Below, in pieces: positions 50,941 to 64,000 of a DNA stretch of 64,000 nt (position 1 is its first letter; every line of letters begins with the position of its first letter). The notes beneath the pieces were generated by a model, which ran no database searches, was not told where the DNA came from, and saw only the letters and a list, made by a program, of their open reading frames with translations. The DNA lies in assembly GCA_951406725.2 (NCBI GenBank), contig OX597815.1, positions 199,578,001-199,642,000 of the forward strand. The letters run 5' to 3'. The DNA comes from Octopus vulgaris (Eukaryota). A program made the position numbers and the translations under genes.

Positions 50941-51089
50941 GTAAGACTGCAGTGTGTTAATTATGCTAAACTTTGCCTTTCCCTTACTCCATCCACATTG
51001 CTTGCAGCCAGCAAGAATATGATTCTTGTAATTTCCTTCCGGAAAGTAAGGAGTGGTGGTGGATTGATAATATATATATAAACGGGTTC

Positions 51090-51125
<36 letters not shown>

Positions 51126-53989
51126 TTCTTTTCTCCTCCTCCTCCTCCTCTTCCTCCTCCTCCTCATCATCAACTGTATTTATGAAGGATTGTTTTGAAA
51201 CCACAATCATATAATTAAAATTCACTCCTTCCTTTTTCTGTTACCTCCTAATTTTGTTAACTATATTTCTGTTTTTTTTTTTTTTTTGCTTTTCTTTTTT
51301 TTTTTAAACCATCTTTTTTTATTATTTAATTTTCTGTATTCTAAAAGTCAAACTGATTAGGAAAAAAATTTATTCAAATAAGTGTTGGCCATACTTTTAA
51401 GTTGTCAAGATTAGTCAATAAATCAACGCACGTGTCTTGAATCTTTTTATATTTTTTTTAGTATAACAACTCCTTACTTCCCCATGACAAAAATTCTATT
51501 ATAACTTGAGGAAATTTTTTTGAAAGGTAATCCAGTAATATAATAGTAGAATATAAGGCTATATTCGTTATTGTTTTTTTTTTTTTAACTTCCATTATTT
51601 TAAGGACCTTTCTTCTTTTGCCGGTTGATCTCGAAAATGTAATTCTTGTAGCTGCGGCTTTGCATTTTCCTTATGATCATTAAAATGCCATTGTTTGCAG
51701 ACTGATGTGATTATTTTTTTTTCTTGTGTATTTTAAGTCTTAAAAATATTTCAATTTATGCTTGCTTTCGCATACATCACTTAATACTAATGATAATATT
51801 CATGATTTGTTAGAAGTAGCTCCCCCTTGTATTGACTGCTGCGTTAGCCACCATTGCCTTTGCCTCTCTTACTACTACCATGACTACTACTACCACCACC
51901 ACCACCACCATTGCTGTTACTACTACTGCTATGGTTTTTGTCCACTTATCTCAGTGTGTTGCTATTCATCGGAATCTCACAGTTGTGTTAGTGTTCAAAC
52001 CCTGTCTACCTCATCTTCAGGATTAATGGAAATGTTGCTTGCTCCGTTCATCATAATTCCATCTCAGCCTGTATGTAATGTAGAATATATTTTTTTTTAA
52101 AAATATATTTTTTAAAAATTCATCTCCAGTTATTCTTTTAGTCTTTTGAAAGCACATTCATTTTTGCTAGACACACAGACACACAAACACACACACACAC
52201 ACACGCAGATATTATTCCTTATAGTTATGCTCAGTTATGCTCAGTTATTGCTTATTTTTCATGATATGAAAGTTATTCTATTTTGTTAATCACCACTTTG
52301 GTGTTATGAATTATTGCATGTACTTGTGTTGTACTCTTCCTGTGTGTGAAAATTTTCTTACACTTTATTTGCAGTTTATTCTTAAAGCAACTCTTAAAAC
52401 ATAAAAATGTTTTTAGACTAATCTATTAGTTGCTTATTCTATTAAAAAAAAGTACATCCTTTTCCTTGAGCTGCAACATTTAGTTAGCTATGTATTTGGA
52501 TTAAAGTACATCAAATTTTGCTGAATAGGGGAAAAGTAGCTGAAAAGAGTTACAGATCTTTTGAGATTTTCTTTTGTATAGTTTCTCCTAGGCTTTGTGT
52601 GTGTGATATTCTAACTGCCCTTGTGTTTTGAACTAACTTATATTAATAAAGTAATTGTTTTCGTCTTTAATGAGAAGAATTAGTCAAGATGATTAACGGA
52701 ATTTTCACATTGTTTTTATATCAACTAGTGTATGTATTTATATATTTTTTTTTACATAGGTTTTACAAAATCAATGCTACAATTATGGTATTCTTAAATA
52801 TCTTGTGTCAGTATCCCAGAGTCTGTAGTAATGGTGGGTGTGTCTTTCTGCTTCCTTTTTCTCCTAGCAGTTTTATTGGAACTTACAAGCCTCTCCTGCA
52901 GCAATCTTTTCAGCTTCCTTTCCAATTCTTTCAAATCTCCCCCAAATACATTTAAAATAGAACAAGCTTTTTGTATTTTCTCAAATTTGTTGTCTTAATA
53001 TTGTTTGTGAGACTCTTTAGTTATCAACATAATAGCAACAAGCATACATGTCTACTTTTGACTTTAAAAAAAAAATTTTTTTTTCAATCCTTAAGCTTGT
53101 AATTTAAAGGTTTGAAAGGAAAGTTTCTTTCACTTTTAAATGAAGTTGATTCAGATCCTTGTATATATATTCATGCTGTGTATATTTAGATTTTCCATTA
53201 GGTGCTTTTTTCTTTAATTAGATTTCTTTTTGGTCCCCTTTTTTTATCTGCTTAAGGGAAGTTTTGTGAAATGTCTTAGCTTTACTGAATGCCTTAATAA
53301 GCAGTCTTCCCTGTTACAATTCATTTTCTTTTAATCACTGAAGAGTAATTTTCTCTTGACGAATACAGCGAGTGCGTAATGTATATAATTCGGAATTCTA
53401 TTTTTAGTTACTGATCTAAATATTTATAGCAGTTTTTTCTCTCTCTCTTGTGCTGCATTAGTGTAGAATAATGTATTATTATAAGGTTTAGTTACTTTTA
53501 AGAAATTATTTCTTGATATAGAATCACTTTTTTTTTAAAATTATGATTCTTATATTTACATAAGATCTTGTTTCACTATTTTACTTTTCTGTGGTCATTC
53601 ATTCCACATTCTCCCATCTAATTTCTCTCTTTTATCTTTGTTATTGTCTCATTCAAACTCCATTGCATGTTTCTCCTAATCAAGAACTCCATTAAACAAT
53701 TTGAAAAGTTGAAAATTCCATGTATATATTCCCATTCAAAATAAAAAAAGTTTTGAGTTGTGCCTTATAACTATTCAGTTAATTTGCTGGGGGTGAGGGG
53801 TGGGGGTGGGGTATTGCTATATAAATAATAATTACTCTCATTGCTTTGAATTGAACAAATGTTTGTCTGGTGTAATGATGAGAATCCTCTTGAAAATGAA
53901 GTTACTTTTTAAAATTAGTTACATTATACCTTTTAGAAATTTGTTTGCATTTTGGGAAAATACTATTTCTTTTTTCTTTTTCTTTGCAG

Positions 53990-54047
53990 GAGATGAAGGT
54001 GAACTGGGCTACGTCTCCTAGTAATCAGCCAAAACAAGACACAAGCA
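53990..54047 (+). CDS. TIA1/TIAL1: TIA-1/TIAR exon ending RRM1 (EMKVNWATSPSNQPKQDTS)
   Basis: tttgcag|GAG..AGC A|gtaagt; family motif E.KVNWAT.P..K.DTS. Confidence 0.96.
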
Positions 54048-55449
54048 GTAAGTATTAGACATATATTAAGCAGGTATTCAGATTTTGAAGACCTGGTTTA
54101 AATTTTATTTCAAATAGGGAATAAGAGTCATAGATTGTAGTACTTCTGGAATTATTACAATATATTGTTCATTTGTACACATTTTGCTTGTTTTGTTTGA
54201 AGTTGTAGGCTACTTCTTTAGCTGGCATTTTCTATCCTCTTAGGGGTTGTTTGCTGTTACGATCGTTAGTGATTAATTGAACAAGTGATCAAATGCGTGG
54301 TAATTGCCACCCTGTCTATTTGATATTTTCCAAACTGTATTTTTCTTCATCCATTTGTAAAGTAAAATGGAGAAAGACTTGTAATTTATGTAGCATTTTA
54401 CATATTTTGGGGCTTAAAATTAAAATTCATATCTGTATAATAACCATTTTTGTCATTGGCACTATTAGTTTTGATATTAGATCTCTTCTCTGTCTTTCAC
54501 TTGATATATATATTATAAAGTGGGTCATATATCAAAGTATTTCGATACTATATATAATTCCTGTGGTATCATGTATTATATTTGGCTTTTAGTTTTTACC
54601 CCTCCTTTTAAAAACTTTTCATAGTGTGCTTATAGGTATTTGGAGATTTTTATATTCCTCTAAAGCTATGTATTAGACATAGGTGTATTAAATTTTGCAT
54701 TCTTTAGACCTTGTTTGCAACAGGCATCATTTTACTTTTGCATGTCTGCTCGCATACAAACACAATTTTTGTTTCAAATTTGTGAAATTTGATCTTAATT
54801 TGTGTATTTAGAACTCTTGGTCAGTCTCTCGAGTAATTTATACCACCAAGAAATCTGCATCCTGTGACCAGAGATAACAAGTACAAAAATGCATGTCCTA
54901 AAAAGACCTGGAGGTGTAGTCTTGAATGTGTGTGTTTACAAGGAATATTTGTAGTACTTTAGTGATCAATACATGAGTAAGTTATTTATAGAATGGTTCC
55001 CTCTCGGAATATATCTTCAGCTAAAAATGGAACTGATTTTTTCCCCCCACCCTTAACTTTCTTGTAGTTATATAAATTCTTGTGAACAATAGTTTGTTGT
55101 TTGTTGGACATTTTTTTTTGTAAATCATCAACACGGGTTTTTTTTTTTTTTTTTAATTGGATATTTGGTCTTTGATTTCCTTTTGAAATCTTGATTGATG
55201 CTTCCAGCTCTCCCATTTTTAAAAAAAAAGATATATATTTTGAATCATATCTGAGCAAAATAATACACTCACACACATATTAGATGGGGTACGTTTCTGT
55301 TAGAGGGTTTATAGCTGGCTGTTGCTGAAATTTTCTGAGGACAGTAAACTGCTAGCAAGTGGTATATATGCTGGTAATTGTCCTTAGTGATGTCAGAACA
55401 ATTGTCATCTTGTTTTTGAAAAAAGTAAAATTTCTCTTTCCACTTGCAG

Positions 55450-55470
55450 GGTCAAAATTAGGGCTGGGCA
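55450..55470 (+). CDS. TIA1/TIAL1: Candidate 21-nt frame-preserving microexon in the RRM1-RRM2 linker (RSKLGLG)
   Basis: tttctctttccacttgcag|GGTCAAAATTAGGGCTGGGCA|gtaagt; phase 1/1, no stop. Confidence 0.65.
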
Positions 55471-58400
55471 GTAAGTAAAATTTATCTATTCAGAAAGATA
55501 GTTTGTCATTAACAAGCTGACACCAGCTTGCATATTTATATAGAATATATGTACTGTTCCTTCTCTCCATATTCTGATTCAGAGATTTCAGGTGGCTATT
55601 GAGTTGTTTGTGGCTGCACTCTTCTTCCTCTCATGCAACTGTCTTTGACAAAGGAAACTACTGTTTTTCTTCACTGCCAAAATTTAGGTTTGTAGCTGGA
55701 ACAAAAAAAAAAAGAACAAGAAAACGCAAAAGAAAAAAAAAACAACCAGCTGGTTTTTGTTTTTCGAGAGAAGCAGTCACATTTGTTTTGAAGTAAATTG
55801 ATTGGAATTGAGGAAGAAATAGGCAAAGATGAAGAAACTACTCTTCGCAGCTGTCTGGAAAAAGGCTGTGTGCTTATTTTTCAACTCCCTCCCCACTTTC
55901 CAGTTGTGGTTTGTTTTGATACAAAGTATGATCAGAATCAGACTATTTTTCTTAATTTTGCATTCTACTTGTCAACCACCAAAATATTTTATTTGCCTTA
56001 AATAGAGGGAAAAAAATGTTAAGCTTTGAGAACAAATCTTGACTGCTATTTTAATGCATTGTAACTTTTGAGTGCACTGGTTTACACAAGATGCTGAGCA
56101 GTTTTTGGTCAAGATTATTTTCAACGCCATGTTGGTAGGTGTTAGTAAATCTTACCTTTTCCTTTTCCTTTTTTTTACACCTGTTTCCTGTTTTATCAGT
56201 AATCCGATAATGTAGTCTAATTGTCCTTCCATTTGTTTTTCACTTGTGTGTAGATGTTACCTTCCATATTACTAGAAACATGTAGAACCATTTCATAGAC
56301 TCGTTACATCACCTTGCACTAACCTAATAGTCTTTTTTGTATGTGTATGTATTTGCATACAAACATTTGGAATGTAGGTAGGTTAACCTTGTTTTGTGTT
56401 TTTATTTATTAATAATTACATAATAATTATCACAATAAACACGCAATTTTACCGTTAAAACTAAATGGCTGTGTTTTTAACCTTGTGTTGCAAGTTCGAT
56501 TTGCTAGTTAACACCTTTTTTTTTTTGTTGTTGTTGGGGACTAGTTGTTATTCTCCCTATGTGCCTAAATACCACCTTTGTAATATATAGGTATCATCCT
56601 TGAAATTATATCCAAATGTTGATAAAATTTGGCATGCATCGTCATTGGTTGTAGTCTGTATTTGAAATATTTAGGTTTAGTGTCTCAGCTAAATTTGGTT
56701 TGTAGTTTTGTTTAATGTAGTTCAGTATTATAATATATATATATAGAAAGAAAGCATGTTCAGGTTCTGTAACTTTCAAAAGGTTTTTCTCACTTGTAGT
56801 CAAGTATAGTTTTATATGGTTGACTAAATAAATAGTATGGTGTGAAGCTTTAAAACAATATGTGAAATAATGGTAAACCAAAATTAATAAATTAATATAT
56901 TGTTGGGTATAGATCGTCTGGACCCTACCAAGTAGTTGAAATTCTAGGAAAGATACAATTACAAATACTATCAACTTATACTAATATAATACTTTGGTTA
57001 AACTAGTGATTGAAGCATGGCATTTCTATGTACATGGCTTTTGTATTGGTGTTTGTAACTGCAGCTCAAAGCCTTTTCCGTTTCCTTTTTTTTTTTCCTT
57101 CATCTGGGTATTGTAACTTGGAAAATTCTCCAAAGTTACTTGACTGGGAAAATTTTCACAAAATCTGTTACATCTTGAATAATCTAGCTTAGAAAATGTG
57201 AGTGTCTGAGCGTAGCTGGTATTGCTAAGGTTGTAAGTTTTCACAATTTGTTTTTCATATTGGAAGATTAAATCTAGTTTTACTGTCTAAATTTACCTTC
57301 CAGTTTTTTTTTTTGTGTGTTTGAAGAAAGGCTGTTTAACCAGATGATTATATAACCATGGGCCTATTAAATCTCGCATTGTTTTAAATTTGCTTTGGAA
57401 ATTCAGATTTTAAAATGTTGCAATTTTTCTTAATGAACAGAATATCATGAGGGTAAACTCTCCAAAAAATTCTTGTTCAATTTTGAAAGCTGGTCAGGGT
57501 TGAAAGCTCATTGTTTTAAATCCACTTTTATCATGCTATCATCAGTTAGAGGAGATTCCTTGATGATGTATTTCTGTAGTTCTATACTCTTACTGATGCC
57601 AACCCTCAGTTGCTTTTGAGTTAAACACTTTATGCGAAAGACACATGAAAACACACCTGTGTTCACACACACTTAGATGCACACAATGGTTTTCTGTATC
57701 TAATTTCACTTGGCAAGGCACTCTGAAGTGTGTCGTAGAAGACACTTGCTCAAAGTCAGATTGAATCTGTGTGGCTGTGAAGTGTTCTCCTTGATCACGC
57801 TGCCATGCCTATCCCTGGCTCAGTTTCGAAAGGATAGATTCAATTGTTTAAATTAAAATTTTTTTCTATTGAAACACTTTATTTGCAGTTTCTAGTTTCT
57901 TCTTACATATCTGTATTCTTGGTAAATTTGCTTCATGATGAAAATGTTTAGGTTTTGATGTATTTTGTGTGTTTGGAGTAGAACTTTCTAAATATATTTC
58001 TCCTAGCAAGGACACATTGGACAGGGTAGTTCTGGACACACAATTTGAAAACAAGATGCATTAGTCTTGACTGGAACACATAGGTCTGTTTCATCTGGGC
58101 ATGCTTAGGGATTAGATTACACTAAATTGATGGCAGGAAATTAACTGTCTGTACCTACTTGTCGATAAACCAGAGGTAATCTGAACTGCAGATACATTTA
58201 TAGTTTATATGTATTTTCAATTGTTATAAGGATGTATGTTGACTTGAAACTAAATAATATAGTAATAATGAATGACGCTCAACATGGTTGCTCAGCCAGC
58301 GAAGAATAGTAGCAGCCAACCCTCACTCTTTATTTGATTAGGGTAGGCTGATCTAGTACTAAACAACATCAGCAAAGGACCTATTTGTGTGGATGTGCTG

Positions 58401-59164
58401 TTCTTGGGTGTGTGGAATGGATGTTCGCAAAATGATTACTTTTGATTATCACTCTGATCTGTCAGGGCTAATGAATCTCTGTTGAAGGTCTAAGCTAAAG
58501 CAGCTGTCATTATTTTTATCTTTTTAACTTTGGGATTTGTTGATTTCAGGCTATTGTAATTATGATCCTACGTTTAACATGGGAATTGAGTTCTGCGAAA
58601 TCGTAGGTGAAATAATATCAGATGCTTTGCTCTAAGCAGAATCTTTAAAAACTACTTAGGTATTAAGAAAGTCAGTCTTCTTGATGATAATTAAATCTGC
58701 TGCATTGTTGGGAATCCATTCAGGGTCCCAAGCGTTTTGCCCCCTTAACCTGAATGCTTCATCTGAGTGCGGCAAGAAGAACTGAATTAGCCTTCACCTG
58801 TCTAAGTGTTCCAGCTACATTCTTTTGCCCATCAGAGCTGGTGTCTTAAGTTGCAAGGAGCCAAGAAAAACACCGGAATTATTACTACTGCTACATAGGG
58901 TCATGGAGCTATTAGATGCAGTTCTGGGCTGCCAAGGGTGATTTGCTTCAGTTTTATATATTTATTTTCAATGTTTCACATCAAATGACTCCAGCGAATG
59001 TTGAGGCCAAGTCATAAATTCAAAATTGTACAAATCTTGAGGAATACTAATTGTTCAAGCATAGCTGTAAGTTTCCTTTGCTACATGTTGGGGACAACCC
59101 CTTAGTGCTGGATTGGTCAGTGATGCACAAGTGGAACTTGTTAGATAGGAATTAAACTGAAGCT

Positions 59165-59222
<58 letters not shown>

Positions 59223-62200
59223 ACAAGATATATATATCAAGGACAAGATTCATGAACACATGCTTTTAAGCAGAAATAACTTGTATTTATTGAGTTGTGC
59301 GGATGCCCTCTTGTTACTCTCATCATTATAAATGCTAGGAACCAGCACAGCAACCTGGCAGAATCATTAGCGCGTCTGACCAAATGCTTAGCAACATTTC
59401 ATCTGGCTCTTTACATTCTGAGTCTAAATTCTGCCGCGGTTAACTTCACCTTTTTATCCTTGTCGTATCAGTTAAATAAGCACCGGCGGAACGCTTTGGT
59501 CAGTATAATGACTTAGTACTCTCTGTGAATTGCTGGCCTTGTTACAGAATTGGAAATATCGTTTTGACCATCATCATGATTATATCATCAATACTAATTG
59601 TGGAATTATTGAGTTGTTAGAGTATGTACATTTGGGAGTTCAACTCCAGCTGAAGTCAGTGTTGCCTTTTGTCCTTCCTGGTCAATGAAATAGAAATACT
59701 GGGGCTGGTATAATTATCTAGTCACTCCCTCTTTCATGTTCAGTCCTTCGCACCTACGTTGGAAGCAATTACTTCTGCGTTATTCACAAAACAGTACTGA
59801 ACGGAGAAAGAATATCAACTGCGTATTAAAATAAGGGAAACTGAGCTACAATATTTATTCTAATATCTTGGCTTTTACTTTTCTGATGCAGATACTTGAG
59901 AGGCTTTATGGTGTGTTTTGGGTAGAATATATTGAAATTCATGGTTTATATTGTTAGAAATCTAGATCAGACACATGACATAAAGTATAGTGTAGGTTAA
60001 AGCGATGCACAAATTAGGTTCTATGGATCAAATTATGATTTATCTCTGATTCTTAATTCCCATCTCTTGCCACCGTCCTATTAATTATTTCAATTTACAA
60101 TAATAACACAACTTCAGTTACTTTTGTTTTTGAAAACGCTCTTCTATGTAATGCTGTTAATGTGAGTGGATCATGTTTGTCTCTTAAGATTATGTAATGC
60201 TGTGCAAAGAATTAAACTTCCTTTTGCACAAGTCCTCAAGATAGATTTCAAAGGAACAATATTTTATTGGATGTAACTTAAAATAGTTGTTCATTTTAAC
60301 ATAACACTAGAAAATTAGAAATAGGTCTTAAATTCTTAAATATCTTGCTTATGTGCTTGAAGATGAGGATAAAAGGTTGTTTGTTTTCGAATGAGCCATC
60401 AATTTTATTAAGCAAATAATCTTCATCATCCTTTTTGGTTTGTATGAATTTTCAGTTTTTATGTTTTTAATCAGCATAGTTTAAATTTTGACCATTTTTT
60501 TTCTATTGCGTAATATATTAACATTGATGTAAATTTCATAAAATTTTAAAATTATCAGCGTAAGTAGATATAATGATTGAAACAATTAACAAGTTATCAT
60601 CATCATCTGGATATTTGTTTCTGTGACTCGTTTAGTTATATAGGTGCAACGAGACTTGAGTTTATGTAATTTGCAAATTAATGAAGATGTCACGTAGATT
60701 ATCAGTTACAATTTCATAACGATATCAAGTAAGACTTTACTACAAATGTAAGATTGAGGTACAACTCCGCCCATTTATCAGTAACACACTTTGAAACCAA
60801 CTTCAAAGGTTTTTCTCATATATATATATATACAGCTGTCGACTATAACGTAAAGCTTCAGTAGAAATAATAAGCAGTAAGAAAGGAAAAAAAAAACAAT
60901 TTTCTCTATTCACATTGACACTTTATCTTTTGTGTGTCGATAATAAAGCAAATGGTCCGTGCACATAATTAAATTGTTTACATTTGCTGTCATGAATTGC
61001 TGTCTTATTAAACTAGGTTATTACTAAAAGTAACTTCTGAAGACCATTTCAAATTTTATAATCTAGTTCTCAATTTAAGTGATATATTTATCATAAATTC
61101 ACCTCCTTTTCAGTAAATGCGTTTCACTGAACCAACTGCTCATATTGGAATTATAGTGAATCTTTTTCAAGTTAGGTGTGATGTTACATCAAAGCCGAGC
61201 AACTATCAGTGATTAATCCTAGAATTTGTGAATTACTGCTTGACTAGAAGTCGTAAGCTCTTGGGTACAACTTTAGTGTCATATCATGCGTTAAAATTGT
61301 AGCATTCATATACAGAGCAATTTTTCCACATGAAAGTGTTGCATTAGTTGTTAGATCAAAGATGTTACAGCCCTGGCTATTTTAAGAGCTAAGGCTTCAT
61401 TGATAAAAGGAATATAATATGAAATAGTAAAGCTAAAAATCACTTGTACTCTCTTTATTCTCTTTCTCCATGTGTAAATTACCTATGCATTACTTTTATA
61501 GGTTTGTCAAAAGAAATTGTACCAATTAACCAATTACAATAAACACCTAAGTAATAAAGTTGGCTCGTCTTGTAAAATTTTTATTTGCAATTAGACCCAG
61601 GCTCAAAATCCTAAGTTTATGGTGCTACATACTCTGCTATTTGTAATTTAGACCAATCATAGATTGATGTTAATTTATAGCACGATCAATAGCTATGCCA
61701 TCGCCACTTTGTTTTCTGGAAGGATGAAAGCCAAAGATGACCTCAGCATGATTTGAACTCTTTGTATGCTGAGGTCAGCTTTGCTTTTCATTTCTCTAGG
61801 GTTGATAAAATAAATATTAATGACTTGTAGGGATGCGGCATTTTATTATGCAACCATAATATACTATGAAGTATACAACCATAATATACTATGAAGTATA
61901 TTAAACGTGTTTTTATAAGCCAGTACCGTGTTCAGTGTTAGCAGTGTGCTTTACACTACTCGTTAAGGTTGTAATTTCTGTAGAGTATCTGTAGAGATAA
62001 CCATAACAATAAAAAAAAAGTGCCTTGCCGTAGATGGTATTGACTTGACCCATCTCTCAGAACTGTTGGCCTGGTGCCTAAATGTGGAACTATTTTTATC
62101 GAAAGGATGTAGAAAGAAAATAGTATAAAATGAACCTCTTTTGTCAGTTAAAAGGTCTGATGTACATAAGTTGTAATGGGAAAAAAAATTGAGCGCCTAA

Positions 62201-62754
62201 AGCAACTTAAGAAATGATTGGTTCAAAAGAAAACAACTCAATTAGATACATGACTATTCTTTCTCATGACAGGTTACAATAAAAGGAAGAGATTATAAGT
62301 TTCTTCCTACGAAGTGTGTTAAAGGAATTTAGAATAAAGGTTAGATAAGAGTCAAGTCCTGAATTTTGTAACATTTTCCTTAAAAGCAGAATTACATTTA
62401 CCCTACGTTACAAACGTAATTTGTTTATCTTCGTAGAAACCCAAATACTTGATCGTTTCTGAAACAGTTGAATTAATATCTGGAATCTGATTATAACGCA
62501 TATTTCATTTTAACATTTAATTGGAATGAACACATTTTTGCTCATTCCCACTCCAATAATCATTCGTGATTCTGGCTCAACAGCTCAGATTAGGACTTTA
62601 TCATCGTCCAACGCCTGTTGTCCATGTTGGCATAGGTTGGATGGTTTGACCAGGGCTCGTAAGCTGCATGGCTTACCAGACTCCAGTCTTATTTGGCATG
62701 GTTTTCTATGGTTTGATGCCCTTCCTAATGTTAAGTTATAAAATTGCCCCTTAA

Positions 62755-62975
62755 CCCTTTAGTGTTCACATTACTCTGTTAAATGTAATACTTTTTCACT
62801 CAAATTGTTTTGAATTAATCATGCATTATCTTATAGCTTTGAGGTTTCAGTGATGTGATTGTTTATTTTTAGAATGTCAATGTAGGTTAGGTGTGAGAGG
62901 CTAGATATGACCACTTTGAATATAAAACATGGGGAATATATTGGGCTGGATAAGGCCAGTTTAAACACTAAATGG
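62755..62975. mobile_element. piggyBac-type MITE (related copies about 33060-33206, 33530-33706, 36340-36495)
   Basis: TTAA-CCCTTTAGTGTT .. AACACTAAATGG-TTAA. Confidence 0.75.
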
Positions 62976-64000
62976 TTAAAGAACTTCAATTTCTTTGAAA
63001 TTATGGTATTGGAAATATTTGGATATGAAAGAAATGTTTACATGATTTCAAATGCTTTTCAACTTTGCATGATATATAGCACTTGTATCTAACTAAAAAT
63101 AGTTTCCATACGGAAATTCTTGTGTAAAATCTTTTATACATAGCTTTATTGAACTTTTAAGTTCTTTTTAAGTTGCAGTTTCTAGTTTTCAGTACTAAAT
63201 AGAGCAGAAGAATATTACATAACCAAGAAAAATTAATTTACACAAGTTTTATGGTTTTGAAGAAAAACTCGGCACAATTGGCATTGGAAAACCTTTTAAC
63301 AAAGTTTGGGGTACCGAACTGAGCCAAAACCCAAATTTCATTTCTGTTGGTTTATATTGGGATTTTCCTTATGAAATGTGTTTCTGCTGGTACTGACTGT
63401 AATCTTAATTACCCACTTCATTAATTTTCTTCCAAATATCTGCCATATTCACCACTTATATATATATTGTAATTTAGTGTTCATCTTTTTTTTGTTTGTG
63501 TGTGTGTGTAGTGATGATGATGCCATTGTTAAAACTTAATGTTGCTTAAAATGTTTTTGCTAGTGTTTGCATGGGAGCGTCACCTTAAGCACCAATGAAG
63601 ATGTAATTTTCTGAGTAGCGTTCTCTGAAAACGTCCTTCTTATCAGCGTTAAAACTACAAGCGATTTCATTAAGAAGTGAAAAATACTTCGTTTCAGAAC
63701 ATTTCTCTGCTTAGCCTAAAAATCCTTTTCTTTCTTATTCCAATACTAAGTAGTATTATTAGAACTATCCTTGGTCCATACCACAGTGTCTCATAGTAAT
63801 AGTTTTTTTTTTTTTCAGGATATATTTATGGTTATTTATGAATAATAATGTCATCAGTTACAGGTTTCCAATGGTTCATTGTACATTTTCTTGCTTCTGC
63901 TCTTCTCCTTTGTCAGTCTACATTTGCAAAACATAAGATATACACAGACGTACATATGGGCTTCTGCACATAATCTGTTGATCATATTTTATTCCCATGT

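Noticed and set aside
63819-63860. Next TIA-1/TIAR exon (RRM2) after the poly-T/CAG acceptor
   Set aside because: The required phase reads RYIYGYL* and lacks the expected H.FVGDL RNP2 motif

Overview
AT-rich eukaryotic DNA; the repeat families suggest an octopus/coleoid cephalopod genome (inference). Bases 1-21 kb are a nested transposon field: decayed RTE-clade LINEs, tRNA-derived SINEs, hAT and piggyBac MITEs with intact TSDs, mariner fragments and two Penelope-like elements (PLEs). The larger PLE (14326-20022) is nearly complete and Neptune-like. It has direct terminal repeats (pLTRs), an upstream coiled-coil ORF1 joined to the RT/GIY-YIG ORF through a U_UUU_UUA -1 slippery site, and minimal hammerhead ribozymes with a compensatory U3-A8 core. 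It sits in the (TA)n tract of a SINE. Bases 22-64 kb hold the 5' part of a + strand TIA-1/TIAR gene. Four exons cover RRM1 and read MPGEESQPRTLYVGNL...DPYCFVEF...EMKVNWATSPSNQPKQDTS. There are also candidate alternative first exons, a 21-nt linker microexon and an internal exon that could give an RRM1-less isoform or act as a poison exon. RRM2/3 exons were not found and presumably lie beyond the window. Most listed short ORFs are microsatellite or repeat artefacts.
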